A stretch of DNA of 64,000 nt, taken from NCBI GenBank assembly GCA_963823495.1, contig CAWGLV010000001.1, positions 1,604,636 to 1,668,635 of the forward strand, given 5' to 3'. Of the stretch, positions 47,683 to 56,690 are shown one piece after another. Each line of letters opens with the position of its first letter. The stretch's first letter is position 1. The notes below the pieces were generated by a model. It did not search any database and was not told the DNA's origin. It was given only the letters and a program-made list of their open reading frames with translations. This DNA is from an uncultured Microthrixaceae bacterium. GTDB taxonomy: Bacteria > Actinomycetota > Acidimicrobiia > Acidimicrobiales > DATDAH01. The position numbers were made by a program, and so were the translations under genes.

Positions 47683-48318
47683 TCAGGCGACTCGGATGCT
47701 CGCCACTCGGTTGGCCGAGCCGGGTTGGAAGAGGTGCCCAGCACCGTCGATCGACGCCATGTACGCGGCGTCGCCCGCTACGGCCGCTGAGGCCCGGTCG
47801 GTGGCGGCGGCGTCGTCGTGGACGGCGGCCCAGGTCACCTGGCCGAACGTGCCGTAGTCGTCGGCCAGGAACGCGCAGCCGGTGCCCGTGGCTGCGGTGT
47901 AAGCGTCGGCGATCTCGACGCCCCACGCCATCGCCTCGCCGATCTTGCCCTCGGCCGGCGTGGCGGTGGTCACCTCGGCCCAGCCGCCCATCGGCGGCGA
48001 TCCCTCGGGTTCACGGGTCATGTGCACGATCGAACGCAGCACATCTTCGAACGGGGTCGTGGCGAACGCCTGGCCGGCACCGGCCAGGTCGAGGAAGGCC
48101 GAGTCGGCGGCCAGCTTGGCGGTCTGCTCCGCCAGCTGGGCGCGGGACTCGACCATGGCCGACCACGCCACCGTGCCCAGCGGATAACCGAACACCCCCT
48201 GCCAGAGGCTCACCTCGACGTCCATGATCTGGTTGACCTTGCCGGTGATGTCCACCGCCCATTCGACGGGTTCGACCGGCCCCCCGGTCAGTGTGGCGAC
48301 TCGCGAATACAGGTGCAT
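47683..48318 (-). CDS. Hypothetical protein made of two homologous ~100-aa halves
   Basis: 211 aa with high GC3. GGGGAGA SD. The halves align by eye (…WAVDITGKV…GTVAWSAMV… vs …WGVEIADAY…GQVTWAAVH…). Confidence 0.6.
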   Translation of the reverse strand: MHLYSRVATLTGGPVEPVEWAVDITGKVNQIMDVEVSLWQGVFGYPLGTVAWSAMVESRAQLAEQTAKLAADSAFLDLAGAGQAFATTPFEDVLRSIVHMTREPEGSPPMGGWAEVTTATPAEGKIGEAMAWGVEIADAYTAATGTGCAFLADDYGTFGQVTWAAVHDDAAATDRASAAVAGDAAYMASIDGAGHLFQPGSANRVASIRVA

Positions 48319-48444
48319 GTCGTATTTCTCCCCCGAGTCCCACCCGCAACCGGAGTGGCCCCTGTCAGTGGTTCCCTGCGGTCACCGTCGCGCCGATCAC
48401 CCGAAAAGGAAAGGGCAGCGGTCACATCCGGGCGGTGATCACGT

Positions 48445-50151
48445 TCACATGGTCTCGGAGAAGGAGACCTCGCCTTCGCCGCGGAGGACGTTCTTGAGGA
48501 GCTTGCCGCTGGCGTTGCGCGGGAGCTTGTCCTGGATCAGCTCGACGTAGGCCGGGACCTTGAAGTTGGCCAGGACCGCGCCCACCCACTCCTTCACCTC
48601 CTGCTCGGTGAGGGTGTGGTCCGCCTGGACCTGGACGACCGCCTTGACCTCCTCGCCCAGCTCGTGGTGGGGGACGCCGATGACGGCGGCGTCGGCCACG
48701 GCGGGGTGGTCGACCAGACGCTGCTCGATCTCGACGCAGTAGATGTTCTCGCCGCCCCGGATGATCATGTCCTTGGCCCGATCGGTGATGAAGAGGTAGC
48801 CGTCCTCGTCGAGGTGCCCGATGTCGCCGGTGTGCAACCACCCGTCGATCACCGTCTCCGCCGTCGCCTCGGGCTTGTTCCAGTAGCCGGGCATGATCAG
48901 CGGGCCCTTGATGAGGACCTCGCCGGTCTGGCCCTGGGGCACCTCGTGGCCGTTGGGGTCCACGATGGCCAGGTCGACCACGGGCACGGGCGGGCCCACG
49001 GAGTCGGGCTTGTCCACGGCGTCCTGGCCCGAGATGACCGTGGCCACCGAGCTGGACTCGGTGAGGCCGTAGGCGTTGGAGGTGCTGGTCACGTTGGGGA
49101 ACGTCTCCCGGATCTTGCGCTGCAGCTCGTCGGCGGAGGGCGAGCCGCCGAAGGCCACCGAGGTGACGGTGCTGGTGTCGTAGTCGTGGCGGGCGGGGTG
49201 CTCGCAGACCCGCCAGACCATGGTGGGCACCGTCGCCCAGATGGTCACCCCCTCGTCCTGGATGAGCTGGAGCGCGTGGTCGGGCTCGAAGCGGCCCTCG
49301 GGGATCACCAGCTTCACTCCGCCGAGCATCCCGACCACGAGGCTGCTGTGGCAACCCGAGACGTGGAAGAGGGGGGAGGTGAGCAGGCCGACCGTCTGTC
49401 CGCCGCCGCCGCCCGCGCCCTCGGGTGCCGCCATGGCGTTGGCCACGGTGGTGAAGATGGTGTTCTGGAGGTTGGCGACCATGTTGCGGTGGGTGGAGAT
49501 GGCGCCCTTGGGTCGGCCGGTGGTGCCCGACGTGTAGAAGATGACGGCGGGGTCCCCCTCGGCGATGGGGTTGTCGGGGAAGTCGTCGGTCGGCGCCGCC
49601 GTCAGCTCGGCGAAGGAGCGGATGCGGGGGTCCTCGTACGCGTCGGGGTCGGCGTCGATCAGGTAGATGCGCTCGAGACCCGGTGCCTGGTCCAGTTGGT
49701 CGGCGATGCGCTCGAAGCGCTTGGCGTCGGCGACCAGCACCTTGGCCCCGCTGTCGTCGAGGCCGTAGAGGACCTCGTCGGTCTTCCACCAGCCGTTGAG
49801 CCCGACGAGGATCGCCCCCAGGTCGACGGTGGCCCAGAAGGTCAGGCACCACTCGGGGTTGTTGGCCGAGAGCACCGCCACCCGGTCGCCGGGGCCGACG
49901 CCGGCGTCCCGGGCCAAGGTGTGGGCCACGCCGTTGGCCTGGCGAACGAACTCGGCGTAGCTCCACCGCTTGTCGCCGTAGACGAGGAAGTCCTGGTCCC
50001 CCCGGTCGATCGCCGCCTTCGGGACCTCCCGCAGGGAGGGCATGCGGTCCTTGTAGACCTTCATCTCCATGCCGTCGACCACCTCGGTCACGACCTCGAA
50101 GGCCCCTCCGGGCCCCGTCAGCTGCGCTCGGATCTCTGCCAACGTCGTCAT
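48445..50151 (-). CDS. AMP-dependent acyl-CoA synthetase/ligase (FadD-like)
   Basis: YTSGTTGRPKG, later GEVLIKGP, GWLHTGD and a C-terminal K. Start set to ATG 50151 (MTTLAEIRAQ) rather than 50379. Confidence 0.85.
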   Translation of the reverse strand: MTTLAEIRAQLTGPGGAFEVVTEVVDGMEMKVYKDRMPSLREVPKAAIDRGDQDFLVYGDKRWSYAEFVRQANGVAHTLARDAGVGPGDRVAVLSANNPEWCLTFWATVDLGAILVGLNGWWKTDEVLYGLDDSGAKVLVADAKRFERIADQLDQAPGLERIYLIDADPDAYEDPRIRSFAELTAAPTDDFPDNPIAEGDPAVIFYTSGTTGRPKGAISTHRNMVANLQNTIFTTVANAMAAPEGAGGGGGQTVGLLTSPLFHVSGCHSSLVVGMLGGVKLVIPEGRFEPDHALQLIQDEGVTIWATVPTMVWRVCEHPARHDYDTSTVTSVAFGGSPSADELQRKIRETFPNVTSTSNAYGLTESSSVATVISGQDAVDKPDSVGPPVPVVDLAIVDPNGHEVPQGQTGEVLIKGPLIMPGYWNKPEATAETVIDGWLHTGDIGHLDEDGYLFITDRAKDMIIRGGENIYCVEIEQRLVDHPAVADAAVIGVPHHELGEEVKAVVQVQADHTLTEQEVKEWVGAVLANFKVPAYVELIQDKLPRNASGKLLKNVLRGEGEVSFSETM

Positions 50152-50157
50152 CCCGCC

Positions 50158-50163
50158 ATTCTG
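50158..50163 (-). promoter_or_regulatory. -10-like hexamer CAGAAT (minus strand), leaderless geometry
   Basis: 6 nt upstream of the fadD-like ATG at 50151. Confidence 0.35.
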
Positions 50164-50172
50164 ACGACTTTG

Positions 50173-50206
50173 CGGCAGATCCCGGGCAAAGCCCGGCGAT
50201 CTGCCG
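50173..50206. repeat. Hairpin repeat, left copy (TGCGGCAG...GATCTGCCG family)
   Basis: CGGCAGATCCCGGGC-AAA-GCCCGG(C)GATCTGCCG: 15 bp with a 1-nt bulge. Homologous to 51209-51250. Confidence 0.75.
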
Positions 50207-50268
50207 TTGGATCTTCCTGCGGCAGCGTCCGCTCCGGTGACTGTCAGACGTGCTGACCAGCATTGGGC

Positions 50269-51207
50269 ATGCCCGAGACCCTGGATGCACTCCTCGCCCG
50301 ATTCGCGCAGCCTCGCCACGGGGTGTTCACCCGAGCGCAGGCCCGTCGCATCGGTTTCTCCGACGACCAGATCGATCACCGCCTCCGAACGGGACGTTGG
50401 CTCGCCCTGACCACCGAGGGTCTGATCATCGCTGGCGCACCCATCACGTTCGAGGCCCGCCTCCTTGCCGCCACGCTGTCGGCGCCGGGTGCAGTCGGGT
50501 CACACGCCGCGGCCGCCCAGCTCTGGGGGATGCCGGACATCCCTCGGGATCACATCGTGGTGACCATCCCTCGGGGTGGCAACCACCGGATACCGAGCGC
50601 CCGGGTGTGTGAGTCCACGGACCTCCAGCCTCGCGATGTCCGTCACCGGAAGGGGATCGACGTCACCTCCCGTGAGCTGACGATGTGCGATCTCGGTCGG
50701 GTCCTGAGCACAGGTCGGCTCCGCCACGTCTACAACGACCAGTTCCACCGCGGCCTCGTCACGCTGCCGGGCGTCTACGGCGTCTTCTACCGCTACGCCC
50801 GTCGGGGGCGTCGTGGCATCGGCCGGGTCCGCCAGGTGCTCGAGCAGTACGGGCCCGGTTTCGCGGTCCCTGAGAGCGAGCTCGAACAGCGGACCGTGGT
50901 CCTGCTCCGGGAGGCAGGCTTCCCGATGCCGGAAGGACAGGTCATACTGTCGTTCTGGGAGTCGCTGCTCGGGCGGGTGGACTTTGCCTACGTCGACGAG
51001 CGCATCCTGATCGAGGTCGACGGTCGGCTCTTCCACGGACCCGAGGTCCATGAGTCCGACCGGGAACGGGACAACGCTGCCGGACTGGCCGGCTGGCGGG
51101 TGCTCAGGTTCACGTGGAAGATGGTCACCCGGCGCCCGGACTACGTCCTCGCCACGATTGCCGAAGCCCTCCGTCAGGCCCACCAGCAGGTTGCCGCCGC
51201 AAGTTGA
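50269..51207 (+). CDS. DUF559 (Vsr/endonuclease-like) domain protein with AbiEi-like N-terminal domain
   Basis: The C-terminus RVDFAYVDERILIEVDGRLFHG...ERDNAAGLAGWRVLRFTW is the DUF559 pattern from memory. Noticeably more A/T-ending codons than the neighbouring genes. Confidence 0.75.
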   Translation: MPETLDALLARFAQPRHGVFTRAQARRIGFSDDQIDHRLRTGRWLALTTEGLIIAGAPITFEARLLAATLSAPGAVGSHAAAAQLWGMPDIPRDHIVVTIPRGGNHRIPSARVCESTDLQPRDVRHRKGIDVTSRELTMCDLGRVLSTGRLRHVYNDQFHRGLVTLPGVYGVFYRYARRGRRGIGRVRQVLEQYGPGFAVPESELEQRTVVLLREAGFPMPEGQVILSFWESLLGRVDFAYVDERILIEVDGRLFHGPEVHESDRERDNAAGLAGWRVLRFTWKMVTRRPDYVLATIAEALRQAHQQVAAAS

Positions 51208-51208
51208 T

Positions 51209-51250
51209 CCTGCGGCAGCGGCGGCGAAATAGCCGGGGATCTGCCGCAGG
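51209..51250. repeat. Hairpin repeat, right copy; also a bidirectional terminator candidate between DUF559 and serC
   Basis: CCTGCGGCAG...CTGCCGCAGG, a 10-bp outer stem plus a 4-bp inner stem. Confidence 0.7.
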
Positions 51251-51256
51251 GTCGCC

Positions 51257-52381
<1,125 letters not shown>

Positions 52382-52473
52382 TCACTATCGCGGCGACATC
52401 CCGAAAGGACCAATCCATTGATCGAAGCGTGGGCCACTCGGCCGGACGGCGAAGCCGCTGGGCGTGCGTACTG

Positions 52474-53670
52474 ATGCCGTCCGAACGCCTCTCCACCCGG
52501 GTCACGGCGATCGCCCCCTCGGCGACGCTGGCCGTCGACGCGAAGGCCAAGGCCATGAAGGCCGCCGGCGAGGACGTCATCGGCTTCGGTGCCGGTGAGC
52601 CCGACTTCCCGACGCCCGATCACATCGTGGCGGCCGCCATCGAGGCCGCCTCGGACCCCGCCACGCACCACTACTCGGCCACCCCGGGCCTGCCTGCCCT
52701 GCGGCAGGCCATCGCCGACAAGACCCTCCGGGATTCGGGCTACGAGGTCAGCCCCAGCCAGGTCGTGGTCACCAACGGCGGCAAACAGGCCTACTACGAG
52801 GCCATCGAATCGATCATCAACCCCGGCGACGAGGTCCTGTTGCCCGCGCCGTACTGGACGACCTATCCCGAACCCGTCGCGTTGGCCGGTGGCACGTCGG
52901 TGGTCCTGCCCACCGACGAGGCAGCGGGCTTCCGGGTCACCGTCGACCAGCTCGAGGCCGCCCGCACCGAGCGCACCAAGGCGTTGGTGTTCGTCTCGCC
53001 CTCCAACCCCTCGGGTGCCGTGTACCCGGCCGCCGAGGTCGAAGCCATCGGCCGGTGGGCCGTCGAGCATGGGATCTGGGTGATCACCGACGAGATCTAC
53101 GAGCACCTGGTCTACGACGACAACGAGTTCACCTCGCTACCCACCCTCGTGCCCGAGGCCGCGGACCAGACCATCGTGCTCAACGGCGTCGCCAAGACCT
53201 ACGCGATGACCGGCTGGCGGGTGGGCTGGCTCATCGGTCCGCCCGACCTCGTCCAGGCCGCGTCGACGCTCCAGTCCCACCTCTGCTCCAACGTGGCCAA
53301 CATCACCCAGCGGGCCACGATCGCCGCCCTGGAGGGGGGCCTGGACGATGTCGCCCGCATGCACGCCGCCTTCGACGAGCGCCGGGTGATCATCCACCGG
53401 ATGCTCAACGAGATCGACGGCGTGAGCTGCATGCGCCCCCAGGGTGCCTTCTACGCCTACCCGTCGTTCGAGGGGGTCCTCGGGCGGGAGATGGCGGGTC
53501 AGACCCCGACCTCGACCCTGGAGCTGGCCGACCTGATCCTGGCCGAGGCCAAGGTGGCCTTCGTCCCGGGCGAGGCCTTCGGGTCGCCCGGCTACGCGAG
53601 GTTCTCCTACGCCCTCGACGCCGACGACATGCAGGAGGGCATCCGCCGCATCGCCGAGTTCCTCGCATGA
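52474..53670 (+). CDS. Class I pyridoxal-phosphate aminotransferase (aspartate aminotransferase-like)
   Basis: [37 protein letters not shown] (PLP Lys). Start set to ATG 52474. Confidence 0.85.
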   Translation: MPSERLSTRVTAIAPSATLAVDAKAKAMKAAGEDVIGFGAGEPDFPTPDHIVAAAIEAASDPATHHYSATPGLPALRQAIADKTLRDSGYEVSPSQVVVTNGGKQAYYEAIESIINPGDEVLLPAPYWTTYPEPVALAGGTSVVLPTDEAAGFRVTVDQLEAARTERTKALVFVSPSNPSGAVYPAAEVEAIGRWAVEHGIWVITDEIYEHLVYDDNEFTSLPTLVPEAADQTIVLNGVAKTYAMTGWRVGWLIGPPDLVQAASTLQSHLCSNVANITQRATIAALEGGLDDVARMHAAFDERRVIIHRMLNEIDGVSCMRPQGAFYAYPSFEGVLGREMAGQTPTSTLELADLILAEAKVAFVPGEAFGSPGYARFSYALDADDMQEGIRRIAEFLA

Positions 53671-53678
53671 CCCCCTCG

Positions 53679-53726
53679 TTCTGGCGCCCGATTGAGGTCC
53701 CCGGGCGCCTCAATCGGGCGCCAGAA
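53679..53726. repeat. Perfect 19-bp inverted repeat of the TTCTGGCG family (hairpin just after the aminotransferase stop)
   Basis: TTCTGGCGCCCGATTGAGG-TCCCCGGGCG-CCTCAATCGGGCGCCAGAA. Confidence 0.9.
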
Positions 53727-53777
53727 GCGGGGGAGGGGCCCAGCCGGTCGAACTGGCGCCTCATCGCGGCGCGGTGA

Positions 53778-53798
53778 CGCCTCAATCGGGCGCCAGAA
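53778..53798 (+). repeat. Third copy of CGCCTCAATCGGGCGCCAGAA, abutting the peptidase start
   Basis: Identical over 21 nt to 53706-53726. Ends 2 nt before GTG 53801. Confidence 0.9.
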
Positions 53799-53800
53799 CG

Positions 53801-56002
53801 GTGGCGTACGGGGCGTGGCCGTCGCCGATCTCGACCGACCTGCTGGTCGCGGGCGCCGTCGGGTTGAGCGAGGTGCAGGCGGACGGCGACGACCTGTGGT
53901 GGAGCGAGTCCCGCCCCGAGGAGGGCGGCCGCGTCCAACTCGTGCGCCGCACGCCCGACGGGGCGACCACCGACGCCCTGCCCGACGGTTTCGCGGCCCG
54001 GACCCGGGTCCACGAGTACGGCGGCGGGGCCTGGCGGGTCCACGACGGCACCGTCTACTTCAGCAACTGGGCCGACCAGCGGCTCCACCGCCTCGACCCC
54101 GGCGGCGAGCCCGTTGCGCTCACCCCCGCGAGCTGCCGGTACGCCGACATGGACGTCGCTCCGGACGGCAGGTGGCTCGTAGCCGTTCGGGAGGATCACC
54201 GCGGCGACAACGAGGCCGTGAACGAGATCGTCCGCATCGACACGACGACGGGTGAGGAGCAGGTCCTGGTCACCGGCCCCGACTTCGTGGCCTCGCCGCG
54301 ACTGACCGACTGGCACGTGGTCCGGCTCGCCTGGACGCAGTGGAACCACCCGGACATGCCGTGGGACGCCGCCGAGGTGTGGGTGGCCGAGGTCGACGCC
54401 GATGGTCTGGTCGATCCCCGGCGCCTGGCCGGCGGACCAGGGGAGTGGGCCTCCCAGCCGACCTGGGCAGGTGGTCGCCTGTGGTTGACCAGCGATCGGC
54501 CGACGGACGCGACGGGTGCACCCCTCGTCGATGCGGTGGGGCCCCTGCCGGGTCGGCGGCCAGGGCGGAGCACGGCCGCACGTCCCGTCAGCGACGAGCA
54601 GGTCGCTTCGGGTACGGGCGAGTCGGGGGCCCCTGCCGATCAGAGCCGGTTCGCCGAGGTCTACCGCTGGGACGGCGGACCGCTCGAGTCGGTGTCCGGA
54701 GGCTCCACGGTGCGGGACGACGGGATGGCTCAACGCCCGGGGGGCGACGTGGCCACCCCGCCGTGGGTGTTCGGCATGCGTCGGCTCGTCCCGGAACCCG
54801 AAGACCGCGGCCAGCCTGGAGGACCGGAAGGTCCTCCGGTCAGTGCGTCGGACCAACTGGAGTGGGACGCACGCGGCATCGCCGCGATCAGCCGGGGTGG
54901 CGTCGACCACCTCGTTCGCTACGCGGACGACTATGAGGAGGACATCCCCACGCCCTACACGGCGTGGTCCTCGCTCACGCCGACCGCCGATGGGTTCGCC
55001 GCCGTGGCGGCCTCGTTCAACGCCGAGCCGGCGATCGTCGTGGGACAGGTGGCGCCGCGGCCCTCGGACACCTCTGCGCCGGCCCCGGACCCGGTTGCGG
55101 TCGCTGCCACCCGTCCGGCCGAGGTCGCCATCGAAGTCGTCCGCCCGCCGCGGGACCTGGGCCTCAGGGCCGACCAGATCAGCCTCCCGGAGTCGATCGA
55201 CTTCCCGTCTGCGGCCGGGCGGACGGCCCACGGCCTCTACTACCCGCCCACGAACCCCGGCTGGGTCGGGCCCGACGGCGAGAAGCCACCGCTCCTCGTG
55301 GACATCCACGGAGGGCCGACCAGCGCGGCGCGGAGCCAGTTCCAGCTCGGCGTGCAGTTCTGGACCAGCCGGGGTTTCGCGGTGGTGGACGTGAACTACG
55401 GCGGCTCGACGGGCTACGGGCGGGAGTACCGGGAGCTCCTGAACGGGCAGTGGGGTGTGGTCGACGTCGAGGACTGCGTGGCCGCGGCCACCCACCTGGC
55501 CGAGCGGGGCGACGTCGACCCGGAGCGCATGGCCATCCGGGGCGGCAGCGCCGGCGGATTCACCACGCTGGCCGCCCTCGCCTTCCACGACACGTTCGCC
55601 GCCGGTGTCAGCAAGTACGGCGTGGCCGACCTGGCCGTGTTGGCCCAGGAGACCCACAAGTTCGAGTCCCGCTACCTCGACAGCCTGGTCGGCCCGTGGC
55701 CGGAGGCTGAAGCCCTCTACCGGGAGCGCTCACCCCTGTTCCACGCCGACGGGATCCAGGTCCCGCTGCTGGTGTTGCAGGGCCTCGAGGACGAGGTGGT
55801 CCCGCCCAACCAGTCCGAGCTCATCGTCGAGGCCCTGAAGGCCAACGGCGTGCCCGTGGCCTACCTGACCTTCGAGGGCGAGCAGCACGGCTTCCGCAAG
55901 GCGGAGACCATCGTGGCCGCCGCCGAGGCGGAGCTCGGCTTCTACGGCCAGGTCTTCGGCTTCGACCCGCCGGGACTCACCCAGCCCGTCCCGCTGACCT
56001 GA
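53801..56002 (+). CDS. S9 family (prolyl oligopeptidase / acylaminoacyl-peptidase-like) serine peptidase
   Basis: N-terminal beta-propeller region. C-terminal VDIHGGP..., GGSAGGFTTL (GxSxGG), LQGLEDEVVP (Asp), EGEQHGF (His). Start uncertain (GTG 53801 or ATG 53774, which lies inside a repeat). Confidence 0.8.
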   Translation: MAYGAWPSPISTDLLVAGAVGLSEVQADGDDLWWSESRPEEGGRVQLVRRTPDGATTDALPDGFAARTRVHEYGGGAWRVHDGTVYFSNWADQRLHRLDPGGEPVALTPASCRYADMDVAPDGRWLVAVREDHRGDNEAVNEIVRIDTTTGEEQVLVTGPDFVASPRLTDWHVVRLAWTQWNHPDMPWDAAEVWVAEVDADGLVDPRRLAGGPGEWASQPTWAGGRLWLTSDRPTDATGAPLVDAVGPLPGRRPGRSTAARPVSDEQVASGTGESGAPADQSRFAEVYRWDGGPLESVSGGSTVRDDGMAQRPGGDVATPPWVFGMRRLVPEPEDRGQPGGPEGPPVSASDQLEWDARGIAAISRGGVDHLVRYADDYEEDIPTPYTAWSSLTPTADGFAAVAASFNAEPAIVVGQVAPRPSDTSAPAPDPVAVAATRPAEVAIEVVRPPRDLGLRADQISLPESIDFPSAAGRTAHGLYYPPTNPGWVGPDGEKPPLLVDIHGGPTSAARSQFQLGVQFWTSRGFAVVDVNYGGSTGYGREYRELLNGQWGVVDVEDCVAAATHLAERGDVDPERMAIRGGSAGGFTTLAALAFHDTFAAGVSKYGVADLAVLAQETHKFESRYLDSLVGPWPEAEALYRERSPLFHADGIQVPLLVLQGLEDEVVPPNQSELIVEALKANGVPVAYLTFEGEQHGFRKAETIVAAAEAELGFYGQVFGFDPPGLTQPVPLT

Positions 56003-56055
56003 CCTGTTCCGAAACCGATCTCCGGACCCTGACCGGCGGGTCGGGTCGCGACGGG

Positions 56056-56508
56056 TCAGACGCCGGCGAGGACGTCGAAGAGGGGGACGTCGATGGCGCA
56101 GGCCTCGTTGCCGTAGGCGACCAGGACGGTGGCGGCCTCGGTCGCCTCGGTCTGGGCGGCCTCGGACACCGAGGCTCCCTCGGCCATGGCGTCCAACGCC
56201 AGCTGACCGTAGGCCGCCACCGCCGACAGCGGGCCGGCCACCCCCCTCGGGGCGGTCTCGGCGATGGCCAGGATCTCGTCCACCTGCTCCTGGGTCGGAT
56301 CAGCCTCGGGGTCGATGTCGGCCAGGCCCTCCAGGTCCTCGCACAGGGACTCGACGTCGTCGGCCTCGAAGGTCGTGTCGGCCGGAGGCGCCTCGGTCGT
56401 GGTCGTGGTGCGGTCCACCGCCGTGGCGTCGGCGGACTCGCCGTCGTCGCCGCCACACGCGCTCAGGGCCAGCGCTCCGGCGAGCAGGGTCAGCAGCAGT
56501 CGTCGCAC
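56056..56508 (-). CDS. Lipoprotein, function unknown
   Basis: MRRLLLTLLAGALALSAC signal peptide with an LSAC lipobox, then an acidic mature part. Confidence 0.7.
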   Translation of the reverse strand: MRRLLLTLLAGALALSACGGDDGESADATAVDRTTTTTEAPPADTTFEADDVESLCEDLEGLADIDPEADPTQEQVDEILAIAETAPRGVAGPLSAVAAYGQLALDAMAEGASVSEAAQTEATEAATVLVAYGNEACAIDVPLFDVLAGV

Positions 56509-56690
56509 CAGTGGGTCCTCTTCGTCGTGGAACCGGGGACGTTATCGGTGAGTCGCGGGACCTGGGAGGATGGCCCGATGGGCGATCTCGGGTACCGCAG
56601 TGCCTCGGCGAGCGCCGAGGGTCACGGGGCGACGACCGAAGTGCGGTCGGCGACGTTGGCGCGGGGCGGCGCCCCCGACAGGATCTAGGC

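Noticed and set aside
53774-53800. ATG 53774 as the S9 peptidase start
   Set aside because: Its first 8 codons are simply the third copy of the intergenic repeat (ACGCCTCAATCGGGCGCCAGAA). GTG 53801 directly precedes the conserved AYGAWPSPIS N-terminus. This remains uncertain.
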